A stretch of 62,976 nucleotides of DNA, filler included, from Octopus bimaculoides (Eukaryota), in the NCBI RefSeq assembly GCF_001194135.2. It is 5 parts of 5 records of this genome, joined end to end, with 100 filler letters (N's around TTAATTAATTAA, not from the genome) between each part and the next. Parts side by side here need not be neighbours in the genome. Positions count along the whole stretch, not along the records: positions 52,451 to 60,898 come from NC_068982.1; positions 60,999 to 62,976 come from NC_068984.1; 3 more parts are not named here. The stretch is one strand, 5' to 3'. The translations under genes were made by a program, and so were the position numbers. Under the pieces are notes generated by a model, which did not search any database, was not told the DNA's origin, and worked only from the letters and a program-made list of their open reading frames with translations. Of the stretch, positions 59,965-62,976 are shown one piece after another. How positions within the stretch are numbered: position 1 is the first letter of the stretch; every line of letters starts with the position of its first letter.

Positions 59965-60898
59965 AGAGCTGCGGCCATGCTGATGCACCGCCGTGTTGCT
60001 ACACTGTTATTACGGGGACCCTCTTACAATTTGTGGCACTTGGTGAAGAATGGAGTTTGATTTAGCAACCCACTTTTGCACCTCCTGCCGCGAGGTAGGT
60101 TCATCTGGGACTCTCGACAGGAAGAGGTCCAGCTTTGATTTAAAAACCCCTACATCTACTTTGTGCAGGTTCCTCACGCTCTTTGGGAGAATATTAAAAA
60201 GCTGTGGGCCCCTGAAACCCAAACTGTTGCAGTAACTGGTCGTGAAGCTCGATGGCATTGCTGGGATCTTTGTGGCACTATGCAGTGTCGTCCCGTTCTA
60301 GCATTGGTGTAGCTTTCAATGCCAAAATTTGGCACAATTCTTTCCAGGATCTTCCAGATGTATATTACTGCATACCTCTCCCGCCTTCTCTCCAGGGAGT
60401 AGAGTCTTAGCTGTTTCAGCCTTTCCCAGTAGCTGAGCAGTTGCAAAGAGACAATCTTCTTTGTGAATCTTCTCTGGATTGCTTCAAGGTCTGCTGTAAA
60501 ATTTCACACTGATGGGTGACCACAGCTGTTTGCAGTAATCCAGGAGGCTGAAGACGAATGTCCTCCAGAGGATCATCATGGTTTCCTTATCTCTGGTTCT
60601 GAATGTTCTCAAGATCCATCCAGCCAATCGTCTGCACTTTGTTGCCATCCTGGTAATGTGCAGTTTGAAAGAGGCATCATCACTCATGTCGATACCCAGG
60701 TCTCTCACTGATTTAGGCTCTGGGATTGAAATTCCCTGCGGACCAGTGTACTCTGTAAGTTTCATATTCAGTTTTGGGCGTTGGTAGCGCAGGGCTTGGA
60801 ATTTTTCAGCATTAAACTGCATATTATTATCCTCAGCCCATCTGTAAACTGAGTCCAACTCCTGCTGCAGGTGTGCAACATCACTGGAGTTCTGTATT
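59965..60898 (-). mobile_element. CR1/Jockey-group LINE 3' part (RT C-terminus)
   Basis: WAEDNNMQFNAEKFQAL, VRDLGI, GWILRTFRTRD, LDYCKQLWSP, LEAIQRRFTKKI, SYWERLKQLRLYSLERRRERY, FKSKLDLFLSRVPDEP. Frameshifted; runs into a gap. Confidence 0.88.
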
Positions 60899-61604
60899 NN
60901 NNNNNNNNNNNNNNNNNNNNNNNNNNNNNNNNNNNNNNNNNNTTAATTAATTAANNNNNNNNNNNNNNNNNNNNNNNNNNNNNNNNNNNNNNNNNNNNGT
61001 GTAAGAGATAGTTACTTCTTCGTGTAATTATTTTAATGCATTTGTTTCATTGATCGTCGTTATGATTACATTTGTTGTATGAAATGATATGTTGCTTGGT
61101 TTTCAAATGGTATCTTGCGATAATGTTGCCAATGTAGTAAACTGTGATGGTGAGAGAGGAGATGGAAGGAGGAGATGTATCATGCACATCGGATGTAGAA
61201 GATGAGGCTGGTGTACTGACGAAGTGAGTGAAATAGAACTGAGTGGAGTGCAGGTGTTGGTGAAGTGTGAAGTAATTGCAGGGAACCGCCTAAAAATGTA
61301 AATCTCGTAATAAAAGCATTGTTGACTCTTAGAGAGTTGTATGGAATTGAAATACTAATCTGTCCATCGTCCTCTGATGCCTGCCTAATGGGTGTTGGTG
61401 AGTAACAACAGGTGATTTTTGAGCAGGGTCTGATTTGTAATCAAGTTTTGTAATGCCGTGAGAATCAGCGTTTTTACGGCTGATATTTGGGAGTGTGAAG
61501 TGCACTACAATGAATATGAACCTACACCTACTTAGAAATTACTGATGAAAAGTAAGAAATTTAAAAAATTGTTTAAATTAATAAAATTATGAATCGAAGT
61601 AATC

Positions 61605-62976
61605 CTATAAAATCTTGTACACAATGTTTTTTGTTTTTCTTTGTGGAACGAACGCGAGCAGCCTACGTAAAGCTGACCATGAGAGAAACACGGCACCCCT
61701 AAATGCATTCCTGCGACAGTGTTTGCCCCTGTGCTTTGTTAATTGACATTGCGAAGCATGGGACCTCCGAAGGACCTCACTGGGTCCTCCGAAATGTGAA
61801 AGGTAGGTCTGCTGCTGATGGGAAAAGATGCATTCTGGGTATGAGGACAACGTTGCCTCGACCACACCCTGTGATTATCGTGGCCTCAATCAGATTAGGA
61901 GATAAGGACTTAACGATTAAACGTGTGCCGTTGCATTGTTTAGGCGGAACCAAATTTCGAATGAGCATTATAGGGGCACCAACTTTAAGTTTGAGAATGT
62001 GTGGAGGTAGTCCAGGGGGCTCAAGGGAATTTAGTACTTCTATTGGATAGTTGATGACGTCCTCAGGGTCAGGAATTGTATCAATAGACTTATATATATA
62101 TAGTCATCTCCAGGAATGATTTTTAGCATTTGATCATTAATATGGTTAACAGTTGTATTCTTCGGGGCCAGAATAGCCCTTTGGCCAATCCAATCCATAT
62201 TATGATAATTTACTTGGAGATCTGGGAAAACTGCATCGGTGAGATCAGAAGGCGTATCAACAATGGTACAAAGTGAATCAATGGCAATATTACCCTTTTC
62301 ATCGCAGGAAGTTTTGGCTTCGCCAAATGCAAGGAGGGTGTGAGAAAATTCTGCTGATGCTACGTCACTTCGCATATGAGCGCGCATGTTAGAGTGAAGT
62401 TTGAGAGTCTTCATCAGGGGCCACAATGCAGATGACTTAAGACACGCACGTACTGTATCAGCTCTATTCCCCTTGGGAATAACTGGCAGTGTTTGCCTGA
62501 TGTCTCCTGAACAAAGAAGTGTTATGCCTCCCATGGGAACTGTAGAGTCTTTGATGTCTCTCAGAGATCTATCTAGCGCCTCAAGAGCACCTCTGTGGGC
62601 CATTGTATATTCATCCCAAACGATAAGCTTGCATCGTCTGAACACTTCTGCCTGATCTGAGCTGTTACTGATGTTGCAAATTGGTGTGTCCGTCTTCGCT
62701 AAGTCAAGCGGAAGCTTGAAAGTGGAGTGAGCTGTCCTGCCACCTGGCAACAAAGCCGCAATTCCAGATGATGCCACAGCTAAGGCAATGCCTTGTGTTC
62801 GCCTAATCTCAGCCAATATTAATTTTGTGACAAAAGTTTTGCCAGTTCCCGCAGGAGCGTCGAGGAAGAAAATCCCCCCAGCTTTGTCCCGGACAGAATT
62901 AATAACGGAGTTGTAAGCGAACTTCTGTTCTGGAAGGAGCTTTGGCTCATTGTTCGCTATGTACTGGGCAAGTTCG
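61605..62976 (-). mobile_element. Helitron Rep/Helicase gene, Pif1-helicase C-terminal part (extends beyond the window)
   Basis: FFLDAPAGTGKTF (Walker A), LAVASSGIAA, GRTAHSTFKLP, LIVWDE.TM, GGITLLCSGD.RQTLPVIP, RAILAPKN, LIRNLVPPKQCNGTRLIV, VLIPR, FAMSINKAQGQTL. Frameshifts near 62090 and 61780. Confidence 0.93.

Overview
Eukaryotic, AT-rich, gapped draft-scaffold DNA. The SINE families and the dense (TA)n/(CA)n/(AAT)n microsatellites suggest an octopus or other coleoid cephalopod (inference, no database search). Most of the window is transposon-derived: RTE, CR1-group and HERO-like LINE remnants; several Penelope-like (GIY-YIG) remnants; a full-length dead Tc1; a Buster-type hAT with exact TIRs and TSD, carrying a nested Gypsy LTR element, which carries a Merlin-like MITE with a perfect telomere-repeat palindrome; a Helitron Pif1 helicase running off the right edge; and at least four tRNA-derived SINE families. 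One host gene is supported on the + strand: a 2-kb first coding exon (28043-30076; acidic, disordered-looking, with a cryptic 13 x 15-aa repeat and a KTVTF PP1-type motif) and two predicted downstream in-frame exons (37140-37301, 37377-37418). The protein was not identified. The most notable signal not explained by coding features is a dispersed set of minimal type-I hammerhead ribozymes with palindromic stem III (Penelope/retrozyme type). It includes a 440-bp intronic foldback with a hammerhead on each strand. Several other long hairpins lacking target-site duplications are also present. All repeat-family names come from recalled motifs and need confirmation.
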